From contig NW_014577069.1 of the NCBI RefSeq assembly GCF_000485595.1, positions 468,525 through 488,524 on the forward strand: a stretch of 20,000 bases of DNA, written 5' to 3'. A model generated the notes under the pieces. That model was not told the origin of the DNA. It saw only the letters and a list, made by a program, of their open reading frames with translations, and searched no databases. Below are positions 1 to 11,453 of this stretch, in pieces. The DNA is from Priapulus caudatus. Lineage: Eukaryota. The position numbers were made by a program, and so were the translations under genes. Each line of letters begins with the position of its first letter. Positions within the stretch are counted from its first letter, which is position 1.

Positions 1-472
1 CGTAATTGCTATACTGGTTATAACACTTAAATAATTGTATATAATAGTGGGTATTATAAGGTATAATATAGAATTACTAGATACATTCCTGGACTAGATG
101 TGTTATTAATATTCTTACCATGTTATTGTCATGTCAAATGCACAGCATGTTCTTGGGAATTTGTAATTTCCATGATTAGCTTCATTATGCTTTTCCTTTT
201 ACAATGTGCATGTTCTCATTTTTCAGGTGCTACTATTTAAGACTTTCAATGCATTCTTAAATCCTTGTGCATAATCTCACATCTGTTGTGTGCATTCAAA
301 GAATATATGATATTTGTACGACACAAGTGTATTGATTTTGTTTTTACGTAACTAGAAAGTTCTATACTATTTTGTCAAACCTTGATATCAGAGTTGATTA
401 AAAAGATTTAAGTAAATAATTGCGACCAAATAACTTAATATATTTATTAATTAATTCACATCGTTATAAAAA

Positions 473-564
473 CTGAAACAACTTGAGAATTGAGTACTCG
501 ATCCTTATAGGGCTGCTGCTGAAACAACTTGAGAATTGAGTACTCGATCCTTATAGGGCGGCTG
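473..564 (+). repeat. Tandem duplication of a 46-bp unit (also in copy B at about 13137-13228)
   Basis: CTGAAACAACTTGAGAATTGAGTACTCGATCCTTATAGGG occurs twice, 46 bp apart. Confidence 0.92.
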
Positions 565-841
565 CTATATGCTGCTGGGATGATATGTTGGTACTGCTGT
601 CAGAGCTGAAACACTGTAAAACAATGGGTATAAGGAGTAGTCATATATGATACAATATAGATATTCAGAAATTTGAAATTCAGTATAAAATAAATTGGTT
701 AAACTGCGAGCATGAAATACGAACCATTTAAAAGGAAATGAATGAAAAAAAACTTCACCCGTGTCCCATTAAAAGCTCTGTATAAAATAACTCGGGTGTA
801 ATAAATGTCCTGCAACACCACGGTGAAACGTGCCATGTATC

Positions 842-968
842 TAAGGATCATCACGTGAAAATATAGATCAGTCCATATAAAAATATAATATAATATAATG
901 TAATGTAATTAAGGATCATCACGTGAAAATATAGATCAGTCCATATAAAAATATAATATAATATAATG
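842..968 (+). repeat. Tandem duplication with a 68-bp period, present only in copy A
   Basis: TAAGGATCATCACGTGAAAATATAGATCAGTCC... starts at 842 and 910, but occurs once at 13504 in copy B. Confidence 0.92.
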
Positions 969-1564
969 ATAATATAGTAGAAAGTTAATATAATATAATA
1001 GTAAATAATATAAGAAATATAATAGTCCATATAATTGAAAGGTCCATATGAATCAGTCCAGTGTTGCATCTGGAATATTACAGCAGATTGGTTGTATTTA
1101 AAACTAAACTACTTTTTAGAATATATTTCATATACTACAGTGCAGAGTGCAATGAATCTATATAATAAAGAGTATTTTATAGATATACTATATAAAGAGA
1201 TTTTCAGATGCATTCCATAAATATCTAGAAATTCCAAAACATTAAAACTCTGTGCTGAATTGAAAATGTTTTAGTCAGTGTCTGCAGGTCTGTCTGATCA
1301 TTTCAAAAACACCTGAAATCTGACACTTCTAATTTAGGGCTCAAAAATCACACCAAGGATGGTTTTTCTCAGGGGATACAAATTCCTAATACGTGTGGAT
1401 GAGGCAGTTCAGACGTGACTAGATCTATTGCATGGAGTCAAAGACACAAGTTCTATTGGTTAATAATAAAAACTTGCCCCTCAATGCTTGAACGACCGTT
1501 GTTGACCTGGTAATGTCTTTTTAGAATATTTATTAAATTTTCATATACGAACTGCTTAGTAGGC

Positions 1565-3731
1565 CTATAGGGGAAACCGTTTAGATAGAGCAAATGCTGT
1601 TTGCAAGAAAAAGCACAAATGCCAGTATTCTGCAAGTTCCATGACTTCTAAAAACAAAACCTGCTGCATCTGAAATTTGATACACCGTGAATGATTATAG
1701 TAAATACCTGCTGGTCTGACTGGATATAAGTAGGCCATCGGACGTTTATCAACGTTGGCCGAAAATAGGAAGCCTGTACAACCACTGACTCCGCCCCACT
1801 CAGTAGAAAATAGCACCTGCAATAAATGAGAACATGTCACAACATCTCCTCCCACTCACAAACTACATTCCACAAAGTCACAAAGTCAAACATTACAATG
1901 TTACCTTCACTCGGCACTGGCTGCAAAATTTCTGTGCAGTTGCTACAAAACTGCTTTAAGACAGAGTGAACGGTCCACATTATCCAGCAGCAAGCATGAT
2001 CCTACCACAAATTACTGTTTGAGCGAACTAGTATATGTCTTAGCTTTTGTACATCGTAGACTACATAGAAACACTGTTGGCCTAACTGTGACCAGTAGTT
2101 AGGTGATTTGCAAACGATACTAGATAAATGTTTAAGGTAGCTTTTAAGCCTGTTTATTGAGTTGTGCATTATAAATCGTAGGTAGGCTACTCTCACTTTG
2201 TACGAGTTGGCGTCCATGTTAAATGTGTCACCACAAAAACGCTAGTAGCGGCCACTGGCGTAAATTTAAGCAATAGCCCCAGTCACTCGCGCAGTAAGCA
2301 TGTACTGGGTTACAGCATAGATGAATGCCAGTGAATGCCAACTTTTCCAATTTCCAGTGTTTCTTACTCCTCTCCTATTATTATTTACTCCAGCTATAAT
2401 GTACCTTGGGAACGTGGGCAGCATCCTGGACTGGGCAGGGAGCAGGTAGAGTGCAGAGAAGCTGCGCCGTAGTGAGACTCCATGCTCTGGTGAAGCCATC
2501 TGTTCCAACTGCAACCCATTGTAAATGACACCATTCTACACTGTGCCCAATGTAATAGCTCTAAACTCGTACCGACGTGATAATTTATGCTTGGTTTGAG
2601 CTTGATACCTCTACGTTATACATTTAAGCAGTTGATGATATCGAGTCAATGGGTGGGGCGTAGCATTCATATAAATTATCGTGAGATTTCATCCAGTCTT
2701 TGACTAATTCTAAATTTTGGTCAACCTACATCACTATTGGTGGGTAAAGCTTAAAATATAAGAGCTAGATGGCACTGTATGGGCATAAACCTGCATAGAC
2801 GATGTTGGCGGTGTCATCAACATGAAATGGCAGCCCATGGTAATCGTTCTCATGGCCATGAAACTCTTGCATCACTTTCCGCATGCGAACATCCCAGCGT
2901 AGAATCTGAAATAGGACAAACCAGCCACTATTAAAGCCTGCTCATTTACCATACCACGCATCTATTTAGTGGTCCAGTTGGGGGATATTACACATAAAAG
3001 AGATTAAGACATAACATAACATGGGCTATACTATTAACATATACATACTATAGTACATATATATGTTCATGGCCAAACTGTACACTGGAGGCTACAACTG
3101 TGCGACAAAATACCACTACACAAATGGCCATAATACACTGCAGAAATCAAACATTCACACAAAAACTGTTGGACTTGATTAATGTAAAATTTCAACATCG
3201 AACGTATTAATGGCAGTTCCGTACTCCTCCATCATAGTCTCCTGTCAGTATATAGTTGGGATCTGGTTGCATTCTCATGCAGCATACGCCCACATTTGCT
3301 CCCTGGTACCTGTCCATAAAAACATTTGCCCTTTATACTGTGTCATCATTCATGTATTGTTGCCTTACATTACATCCAGGTACATCCTTTACCATTACAA
3401 TGAAAAAATATGCTGACAACGTAAAACAGACGGAAACTGTAATCTTATAGTCCTGAGTAACTGAAACTAAATCACTCTTCTAGTTCTACATTGTGTGACA
3501 GGCAGCTCTACACGATGCATCTTAATTGCTGGCTTATAAAATACTTGTTTGAAATATATCATTACTTATTTTACATGTGGTAGTCAGTTTTCCTCAAACA
3601 CATTTACATATCTTTAACATTATAAAATAGAGAATCGGTGGTTATCCAGAGTTGTGTAGATGGGGCATCATGGTTTGGCTTGGTGCAGCTGGTTGAATCA
3701 TCCTCACCTTAGCTGGCACACTGGCCTCTCA
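1565..3731 (-). CDS. DCAF4: Second, partial copy of the DCAF4-like 3' exons: 3731-3708 (cut by gap), 3309-3225, 2905-2791, 2508-2405, 1816-1565
   Basis: Near-identical to the exons at 14153-16858 with intact splice sites. The two coding differences I found (1742/14330 and 2855/15440) are synonymous. Confidence 0.8.
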
Positions 3732-3741
3732 NNNNNNNNNN
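3732..3741. other. Assembly gap (10 N)
   Basis: Run of N bases. Confidence 1.
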
Positions 3742-4003
3742 TATGGGGGGCCATGGGGTAGCTTGGGTACAGCTGAGCAAGGTAGTTAGCATTTTTTTAG
3801 CCGAATTATTTTTGTTTATTTACTATATAATTACTATTATAGAAACCGTAGTAGAAGCGTAAAAACCGCTCAAGTGCATGTGACTAAGTAAGTGTTGTGC
3901 CACATCATATAGGTTCCTGACAATCTATGTCAGTTATATGTCACGAATATACATATATACTCATAGAATGATGAACATATCACACCTTGTACTTTGAGTT
4001 TGA

Positions 4004-4073
4004 GGGCGCTGACATATTTGTCGTCCTCTTGTTTTGAGGAAAGTGCACGTGACTAAAGATGGCAGCGCCCATG
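4004..4073 (+). promoter_or_regulatory. Candidate promoter region upstream of GALNT11 (E-box and YY1-like motifs)
   Basis: CACGTG at 4046-4051, AAGATGGC at 4056-4063, and an inverted near-copy GGGCGCTGACAT at 4004-4015. Motif evidence only. Confidence 0.35.
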
Positions 4074-4097
4074 AAAATTTGAAATTGTATGCTAGTC

Positions 4098-4140
4098 ACT
4101 ACTACTAGTACTATAGTAGTAGTACTAGTACTAGTACTAC
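4098..4140. repeat. TAG/CTA low-complexity tract (similar tract at 4453-4498)
   Basis: Mixed TACTAG/TAGTAG repeats. Confidence 0.8.
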
Positions 4141-4373
4141 CCTTTATTAGATACATACTATACTCCTGTTAATTGTTCTAGCAGTTGCGAGTAAAAATAA
4201 GTAGGACTGGAAAATGTCCGGACAGTGCAAGGGGACAGTTGACTATATCCTTAGCCTACAGACTACAGTGGGTGCACCGTGCAGTATAGCCTAAATCCGG
4301 TGGGCGTCTAGACAACAACCAGTGCTCACTCAAACCCCCCATAACTTAGGGTTTGGCAGGGCATTAGTCTCAT

Positions 4374-5022
4374 AGGGTCTATGTCTCCCAGGGTACTATC
4401 GGAGGGTACCCTGGGTATGGTTCGATATATCGGAACGTACGTATACCGTACCCTAGTAGTACTACTAGTACTAGTACTACTAGTACTAGTAGTAGTACCT
4501 AGTGTTGTCAATCGGTTGTGATTTCGTAATCGATCATCGGTTGGACCCAAGTAACCGATGATCGGTTACAATTGGTTACTCGGGGTGTTGAATGCCTGCG
4601 TGTGCGTAATGTCGTGTGCATGTACGTGTGTGCATGTATGTGCTTCTTTAGCCCTGTTTACTGTTTGTTTTACACTGTTTACTACTGTGTGTATAATACA
4701 TGTACTGATTCTCATCACTTTTCCAAGTTTTCTTGTTCAAATTATTTTTTTTGATGAAATCGATTATGGATTTTGATAACCAAGCGCTTGGTTCGAGCCA
4801 CTGTTTAACCGATGATCTAGTATAATCGATGATCGTGACATCACTACTAGTGACTATCTGATATGGTTAGGGTTAGGGTTAAGGAGTAGGTGACTCCCTA
4901 GACTCGTTAGTGGAGTAGGCGAGGTACGGTCCGGCATATTAGATATAGTACCAGGGTACGTTCCGATATATCGAACCATACCCAGGGTATCCTCCGATAG
5001 TACCCTGGGGGACATAGACCCT
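4374..5022. mobile_element. Foldback/MITE-like element with 67-bp inverted arms (4374-4440 and 4956-5022)
   Basis: Arms are reverse complements with 2 mismatches. Patchy inverted similarity extends outward to about 4259 and 5197. Confidence 0.75.
4500..4846. mobile_element. Nested hAT-like MITE candidate
   Basis: Termini TAGTGTTGTCA-ATC and GATCGTGACATCACTA, with clustered ATCGGTT/AACCGAT/AATCGAT motifs near both ends. The TSD is not clean. Confidence 0.55.
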
Positions 5023-5261
5023 CTCAGCATTAATTAGCCCATTTGCCCTGCCCACTTTCGCAGTGTGTTGAGGGGTTGATGTTAGTTGATGTTACCCGCA
5101 TGATTGTTAGGGGTCCACAAGTGCACTGAATGTCGTTTTAGGCAGAGTGGATTGTAGGATATACTATAGAGCCTATAATGCTTAGCTTGTAGTCTGACTT
5201 TAAATGTTTATGGTGGGTTTAGAATTGGATTAGAAAATTAATAGGGTTTCATGGATAGGGT

Positions 5262-5310
5262 GGTGATGACAATGATGACAATAACGGCGATGATGATGCT
5301 GATGATGATG
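5262..5310. repeat. Imperfect (GAT)n microsatellite
   Basis: gtgatgacaatgatgacaataacggcgatgatgatgctgatgatgatg. Confidence 0.8.
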
Positions 5311-5443
5311 TACCGGGGTCTCAAATTAGCCAGCCTATAGTTGTAGTCGCTGAACTGTAAGTGTGACCAAATGAGAGTGCAGTATACCTACGAGTGTGAC
5401 TATATTGGACGTCTTTTGTTTTTTTGTCTGTAGTACGTACTAG

Positions 5444-5485
5444 CAGGAGTAAGATAATATAGGATCCTATATTATCTTACTCCTG
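5444..5485. repeat. Perfect 42-bp spacerless palindrome
   Basis: CAGGAGTAAGATAATATAGGATCCTATATTATCTTACTCCTG equals its own reverse complement. Confidence 0.95.
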
Positions 5486-6122
5486 GTATTAGTAGTATTA
5501 GTACTATTTAAACTACTATACCTAGTACTTCTGCAACCAATGTGGAAAACTTCAACCGGTGATTTAAAGGGTATAGAATGGGAGATGGTAACATCGTAAA
5601 CAACTTGCATTTTTTTGCAGCCCTAGAATAATTATGAGAATATAATTAACATTGTATGACAAAACAATGTGTATAATTGACAGAATGTATAATCCTCAAA
5701 TCTTGTAGCAGTGGTCGAATTTGACATGTTTCTAAAGTGATATTTCCTGTTTTACTGTCAGTTTCCCAGATCAGTTTGGCATCAGCAGGAGACTATGTGA
5801 TTCACTGTTAATTCTGCTATATGTTACATCAAATAAAAAAAATCAAATGGGATACTGCTCTCAGTGTTTCAAACGTAATTTTCTGTAATATATTTATTTT
5901 GTGTATAAGATGATAATTTATGTCATTCAGATGGTTTTCGCTGTTGTCATGACTCTATTATTTCATGAATTTTGTGTATAATACAGAAATACACATCATG
6001 GCCATTTTCATCATGGGTTCTCTAAGAACCTCTTCTGTTTGCTAAGAACTGCCTCATGCTAATTCTTTTACTGTTGCAGAATGTGCCTAAAAGAGTAAGA
6101 TATTTTACCATCCCATGTCGAG

Positions 6123-9100
6123 ATGGGTGCTCTACGGTATAGATCCTTTTGCGTCGGTGCTATTTTGACTTCTGTGATGTGGATGGTGATACTGTACCTG
6201 TACACAGACATCGCCAATGACTTGAAAAGGAATCTCAACTTCCTGCCAAATGAGGGCTTTATTACAATCCGGCCAAAATTGTTGCCAAGATATGACAGGG
6301 ATTTCAAGCATTTTCACAAAGATGACTCCGAGAATGAATTGTTACCTGCAGGGATTGACAAGCACCTCGGGGTAGCTGGCCGAGTAGCCGACCTTTCTGG
6401 CAGCCGCGTCGCTGAAAAGGAAACTGGCAACGTGGATCAAGTTAAAACAGTTTACCGCAACAAAACGCTGGTGAATCAGGACACATACTCTGAGAGTGAG
6501 AGTGATATAGGATTGATCCGATCGCAGGAAGATCAGGAGAAAAGAGAAATGGGATTCAAGCTGTTTGCCTTCAACGATCTCGTTAGCCAAAGGATCGGTA
6601 ACATCAGAGAGATACCGGACACACGGCAGACACTGTAAGTCATGCCGTCGTCAAAGCTAAATATGTGCATATATTGATTAGTAAGTGTGATGCGTAATTC
6701 TTATTTTTCTTCAATATTACATGCGATTTACATGTTCTAGTTAGTTATTGCTTGTTTTGAAGCGTTTGGTTTGTTATAACACCAAGGCATTGTTTTAAGG
6801 CACATGCAGGTGTTAGGTAGCGACTAGTTTAATGTGACTGCTATGTCAACTGTGTAAATCGGGAAGAAAGATGGAAAGGAATATTGCAAATTGAAGCCCG
6901 AGAAACAGTTTGGGTTGCAGCTATAATTCTTAGATGTGGGAAATGCAGTAGGAATGAAACCATGGTAACAGTAATAACAACACTTTTTGAAAACTACTTG
7001 GGAGCAAGGTCTCTTACAAGTACACAGTGCAATTCATTTGTATTGACACTAACAGGTGGGTAAAACCACGACACGTCTTCCAACTTAAACACGCGAATGT
7101 TCACCAAGTATTATCTTTTATTGATGAGTACAGCTGCAGGCAGAAGACATACACGAAGGCTCTTCCGGCAGCTAGTGTGATCGTCTGCTTCTACAACGAG
7201 GCGATGTCTACGCTGCTGCGGACAGTACACACGGTGCTGCGGCGCACTCCGGCACACCTGCTACGCGAGGTGATCCTTGTTGATGACAACAGCGATCTGG
7301 GTGCGTCTGCTGCGATCAACCGATCTGCATTCGCGTCAGAGAAAGACGTGCAATCCAGTGTAGACGTGATGTGACACAAGAAGCAAAAAATGTGTTTGGA
7401 GCTGCTAGGATAAGCATGATGCAGATCAATTATTATTATTATTAAGCTCTCAACAATCAAGTATATAATTGCTAGCAGGCTCTCACATGCAGAGCCTACT
7501 TGTAAAGCGTCTGAAAAAAAACCCAGTAACATTGGGATTTATGAACGTAAACAGGACTGAAGCGTTTGTTTCTCTGTCATGGTGACTATGTGGTTGCTAC
7601 AGTAAAGCTATATTGTGTGTGGTATCGAAGTAAAACTACTGATTTAAATGAACTGCGATACTGCTATATATAGTAGTGAGTCCTTTTTTTTTTCTTGTAG
7701 AACATCTGAAAGCAGATCTGGAGCAACATATATCACGTCTCCCTAAAGTGAAGTTAATGAGGACAGGAAAGCGAGAGGGACTGATTAGGGCCAGGATATT
7801 TGGTGCAGATCATGCATTGGGAGAGGTGTGCTGGCCTTTTTTATGCCTCTTCTGCGAAAGCACAGTTGTGTAAAAGTGAAGCATATTTTATTATGCTTTA
7901 TTGCATTCATCTTCCAGGTTTTTTTATTGTTTTTTTAAAAGAACACACCAAGCTGCAGTGATCCCACATAATCATCATCATTGCTATTGTGAGACCTATA
8001 CTAGATGTTATCTAGGTGTACCAGCCTCAGCAACATTTCTCAGATTGTAGTATTTTTTATATTATCTATTAGTATTATCATTCTACTATGATATTTTAGA
8101 CCAGTAAAAAACCAGTATGAGATTGTGACCAGTACCTCAAGGCTTTTTTTTATCTCCTAACCTTCCTTGCACATTCATTACATTTAACAGGTGTGGCCGT
8201 AGATTTACAACCCTGGTCGTTAAATTGAGGGATGTAATTTCTCAAAAGCTCGCATCACATATTTATAATTTTCAATGTACGATTCAAACATTTTTGTATT
8301 GTGTAACATTAGGAATAATGATAATGTTAGAACTTCTAATAGAAGTTTCTCAATACGTGTGTAACATACATAGTGCACACCGATACTGTTATTTCAGGTG
8401 CTTGTATTTCTGGACAGTCATGTAGAGGTGAACAAGGACTGGCTCCAGCCACTGCTCGACCCAATCGCTGCCAACAGTTCTGTTGTCACTATACCCATAA
8501 TAGACATAATAGATATGGATACGTTTAAGTATATGTCATCACCGCTGGTACGTGGCGGCTTCAACTGGGGCATGAACTTTGCATGGAATCAGATCCCACT
8601 GTCGTACTTCAAACGAGAGGAAGATAAGTCCAATCCAATTAGGTGTGTGAATTGATGTGTTTGTTGCTTTATTAAGTTTATGGTTAGTTGGTAATTACCA
8701 TCTTAATTCACAGTGTACTTTTTACCATCTAAGATTTTTCGTTGTCTATTTGGGATATTGGTTTGTTCTAGTTTTGTATCATTGTATCATTACGTATCAT
8801 TACACTGGTATTTGCATAATTTATCCCATTTGATATAACATTAATTTCAGATCCCCAACAATGGCAGGAGGGTTGTTTGCAATCAACAAACAGTACTTTT
8901 TTGACATGGGCAAGTATGATCCAGGCATGGACATCTGGGGAGGCGAAAATCTTGAACTGTCATTTAGGGTTAGTGTGTGCATGTATACTGATTCCTAAAT
9001 AATTTAATTTAAACATTTACCAACATTAAAAATGCTCGAATAATTGTAATACGTTAGCAGTATTCAAAATAATGTTTCCAATGTGTGATTATGATGGTTT

Positions 9101-11453
9101 TTATTGTGTGTACTTAAATCTGATTTGTTTTTGGAGATCCATGAATTTGCTTAAATTGCCAAATGGTTTGTGAAGTATTCATGTTAAACGACATTTCTAC
9201 TGTCGACATGTAAATGCTACCTTCATATGAATGAGTTTAGTGTTACCACCCCTACCCAGATCACACCAGGTAGCAATTAGCTTCGTATTTGGCACATACT
9301 ACCTCCTCAGTGAATGCTAGTAAGCTCACGTAACACTATTGTTCTGCAGGTATGGCAGTGTGGAGGCTCCTTGTACATCATCCCTTGCTCTAGAGTGGGC
9401 CATGTCTTCCGCAAGCGCCGACCGTACGGATCACCAGATGGCCGCGACACAGCCGGCTTCAATGCTCTGCGTGTCGCACATGTCTGGATGGATGATTACA
9501 AGGTGTGTCACTGACTATATCCGAATAGTTTCACGCTATACTGTGACGTTGGTTCTATGTTTAACATTTTGGAGGGAACATATACGGGAAGGAAGCTCAT
9601 CCTCGGGTAGTGAAAACCTTAGATAGTTTTTCCAACAACTAGTTTTCTGTAGTGCACTTTTAGCCACATTGTGGTTATTCCAGCTCTGTCATGGCTAGTG
9701 TTCAGTCTGAGTTCATGTGGCGTTTTTTTACATGCTAGTTGAGTGTTTTGTTCAAGGTTCTACCTAAAGTCTTTTACTTGAGATTTATTGTATGTATTTA
9801 TATTATATTTATTGCAGGAGTACTACTTTAAAATTCGTCCAGACCAAAAGAATGCTAGTTATGGTGACATCTCTGAGCGCTTAGCATTGAGAAAGCAACT
9901 CGACTGTAAATCCTTCAAGTGGTATCTGGAAAACATATACCCTGAACTGTCACTGCCTAGCACTCAAGCCCGCAATGCTAACCACGTGAACTCTAGGCAG
10001 GAATATGCTTGGCGTAAGCCAATCAAGAAGATAGGACAGACACAGGTTGGTGTAATTCATTTTGAAAGTATATAGCCTAAGCTGCCTTATATAATTAAGT
10101 CACCATTTTCTGTGGTGTGTATTATAATATAATATAATATGAGTATATATATATATATATATATGGATATGATCTCAATACTAACATGAAGCATCCCTAT
10201 AATGAACCTGTGCTAAAATATGACTTTGGCCTTGAGCACACATGGAATATATAAGGTATTATATCATGTTATATCATGAGTGATTAAAACAGTTTCTTTT
10301 TATTCACTCCTGGTAATACCAATTCCCGTGAAGAAACACCCTGTAACACACTTTATGGATAAGCTGGTGAAAAACAGACAGTAAGGAAATAATAAACAAT
10401 ATAATATGAACTTTCTATTGATGTTAATTCAATCGCCAGTACTGTGAATAATATTAAGTGGAACGTTCATATTTGCAATGCATTTTGCATTAGATCATGC
10501 ACAAGGCAAGTGGGAAGTGCGTCCAGGCAAAGGAGGGCATGTACAAGAAGTCATCTTCCTTGGTGTTAGGTGCTTGTGACTCCAACGATCAGAAAAATGC
10601 AAGTGTACACAATCATGTTACAGTCATAACAATATACATTAACTGAATATGGCCTAAAATTCGAAAACTAGAAACTAGATGGGGTGCTGATTTGTGACAA
10701 AGTGAGTGTTCGCACGTTGTGCGCACATGTGTGAGAGAGAGCGAGTGAGAGAATGTGGGATTAGAGATGAGAGTGAGCGAGCAAAAGAAAAAAAACAACG
10801 AGTCTGCAAACAAATAGAACATACTAGCCCATGTAATTTGGTTGCAAATGTTTTACTGCACGTTTGTAGCTGTGGACAGTTACGGTTCAGCACGAGCTGT
10901 TGCTGGGAGGCCTGCTGTGTATGGACGCAGACAAATATCCACGTATAATGAAGTGCACCACTCTTGGCGGGACCCAACAATGGCAGCCAGCTGGCAAGGT
11001 ATGTGCTCCTCATGCCACCTGGTGGCTGCCCATAATTAACCACAACCATTGCAAAATTCCAAGTGTCAATCTTGATATCAGTGTTGTTGTTTGCTCTACT
11101 CTAAGCAGATAGTAACAGATTTAAAGGTAGGTGTTCAGCGCGAGAAAGTCAATAGTTTTTGTTTACCAGTTTGTGCTCGAATTGAACATTTACGATGGCT
11201 ATCGCGTTCGTTATCGACAGAAACGCCTTAGCACGCCGTGAATTTCTCCGTGATTTTCTTGTGATTATCACGACGAAATGCTATTTCCTTTTGCTTGTCA
11301 CCACAGTTCGGAGATAGACTGTACAATCCAGCAACGGGTAAGTGCCTAGCAGCAGGAGGTTCCTCGTTGAAGAGTTCTGTCATCATGGGAATCTGCAGTG
11401 ACGACAATCCCAGCCAGAAGTGGTTGCTCACTGTGAAGCTGCCACCGACATAG
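6123..11453 (+). CDS. GALNT11: Polypeptide N-acetylgalactosaminyltransferase 11-like (GT27; type II membrane protein with GT-A catalytic domain and C-terminal ricin-B lectin). Exons: 6123-6634, 7134-7300, 7701-7825, 8398-8642, 8851-8968, 9350-9502, 9818-10045, 10494-10598, 10870-10998, 11307-11453 (1929 nt, 642 aa)
   Basis: Exons join in frame with consistent phases and AG acceptors. Motifs: N-terminal signal anchor [51 protein letters not shown] (DxH), [63 protein letters not shown], and lectin repeats with QQW/QKW. The RKRRPYGSP and RGGFNWG motifs point to the GALNT11/pgant35A clade. Confidence 0.93.

Larger units (their letters stand above)
1..3731 (+). repeat. Direct duplicate, copy A, of 12665-16858
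   Basis: Collinear near-identity with scattered SNPs and indels. It ends exactly at the N gap and probably extends left of the window. Confidence 0.97.

Noticed and set aside
473..564. Direct repeats as a CRISPR array
   Set aside because: Only two adjacent units, no unique spacers, and a eukaryotic context.
851..1220. Tyr/Ile-rich ORFs (and their copies at 13361-13904)
   Set aside because: They derive from AT-rich low-complexity sequence and are frameshifted between the copies.
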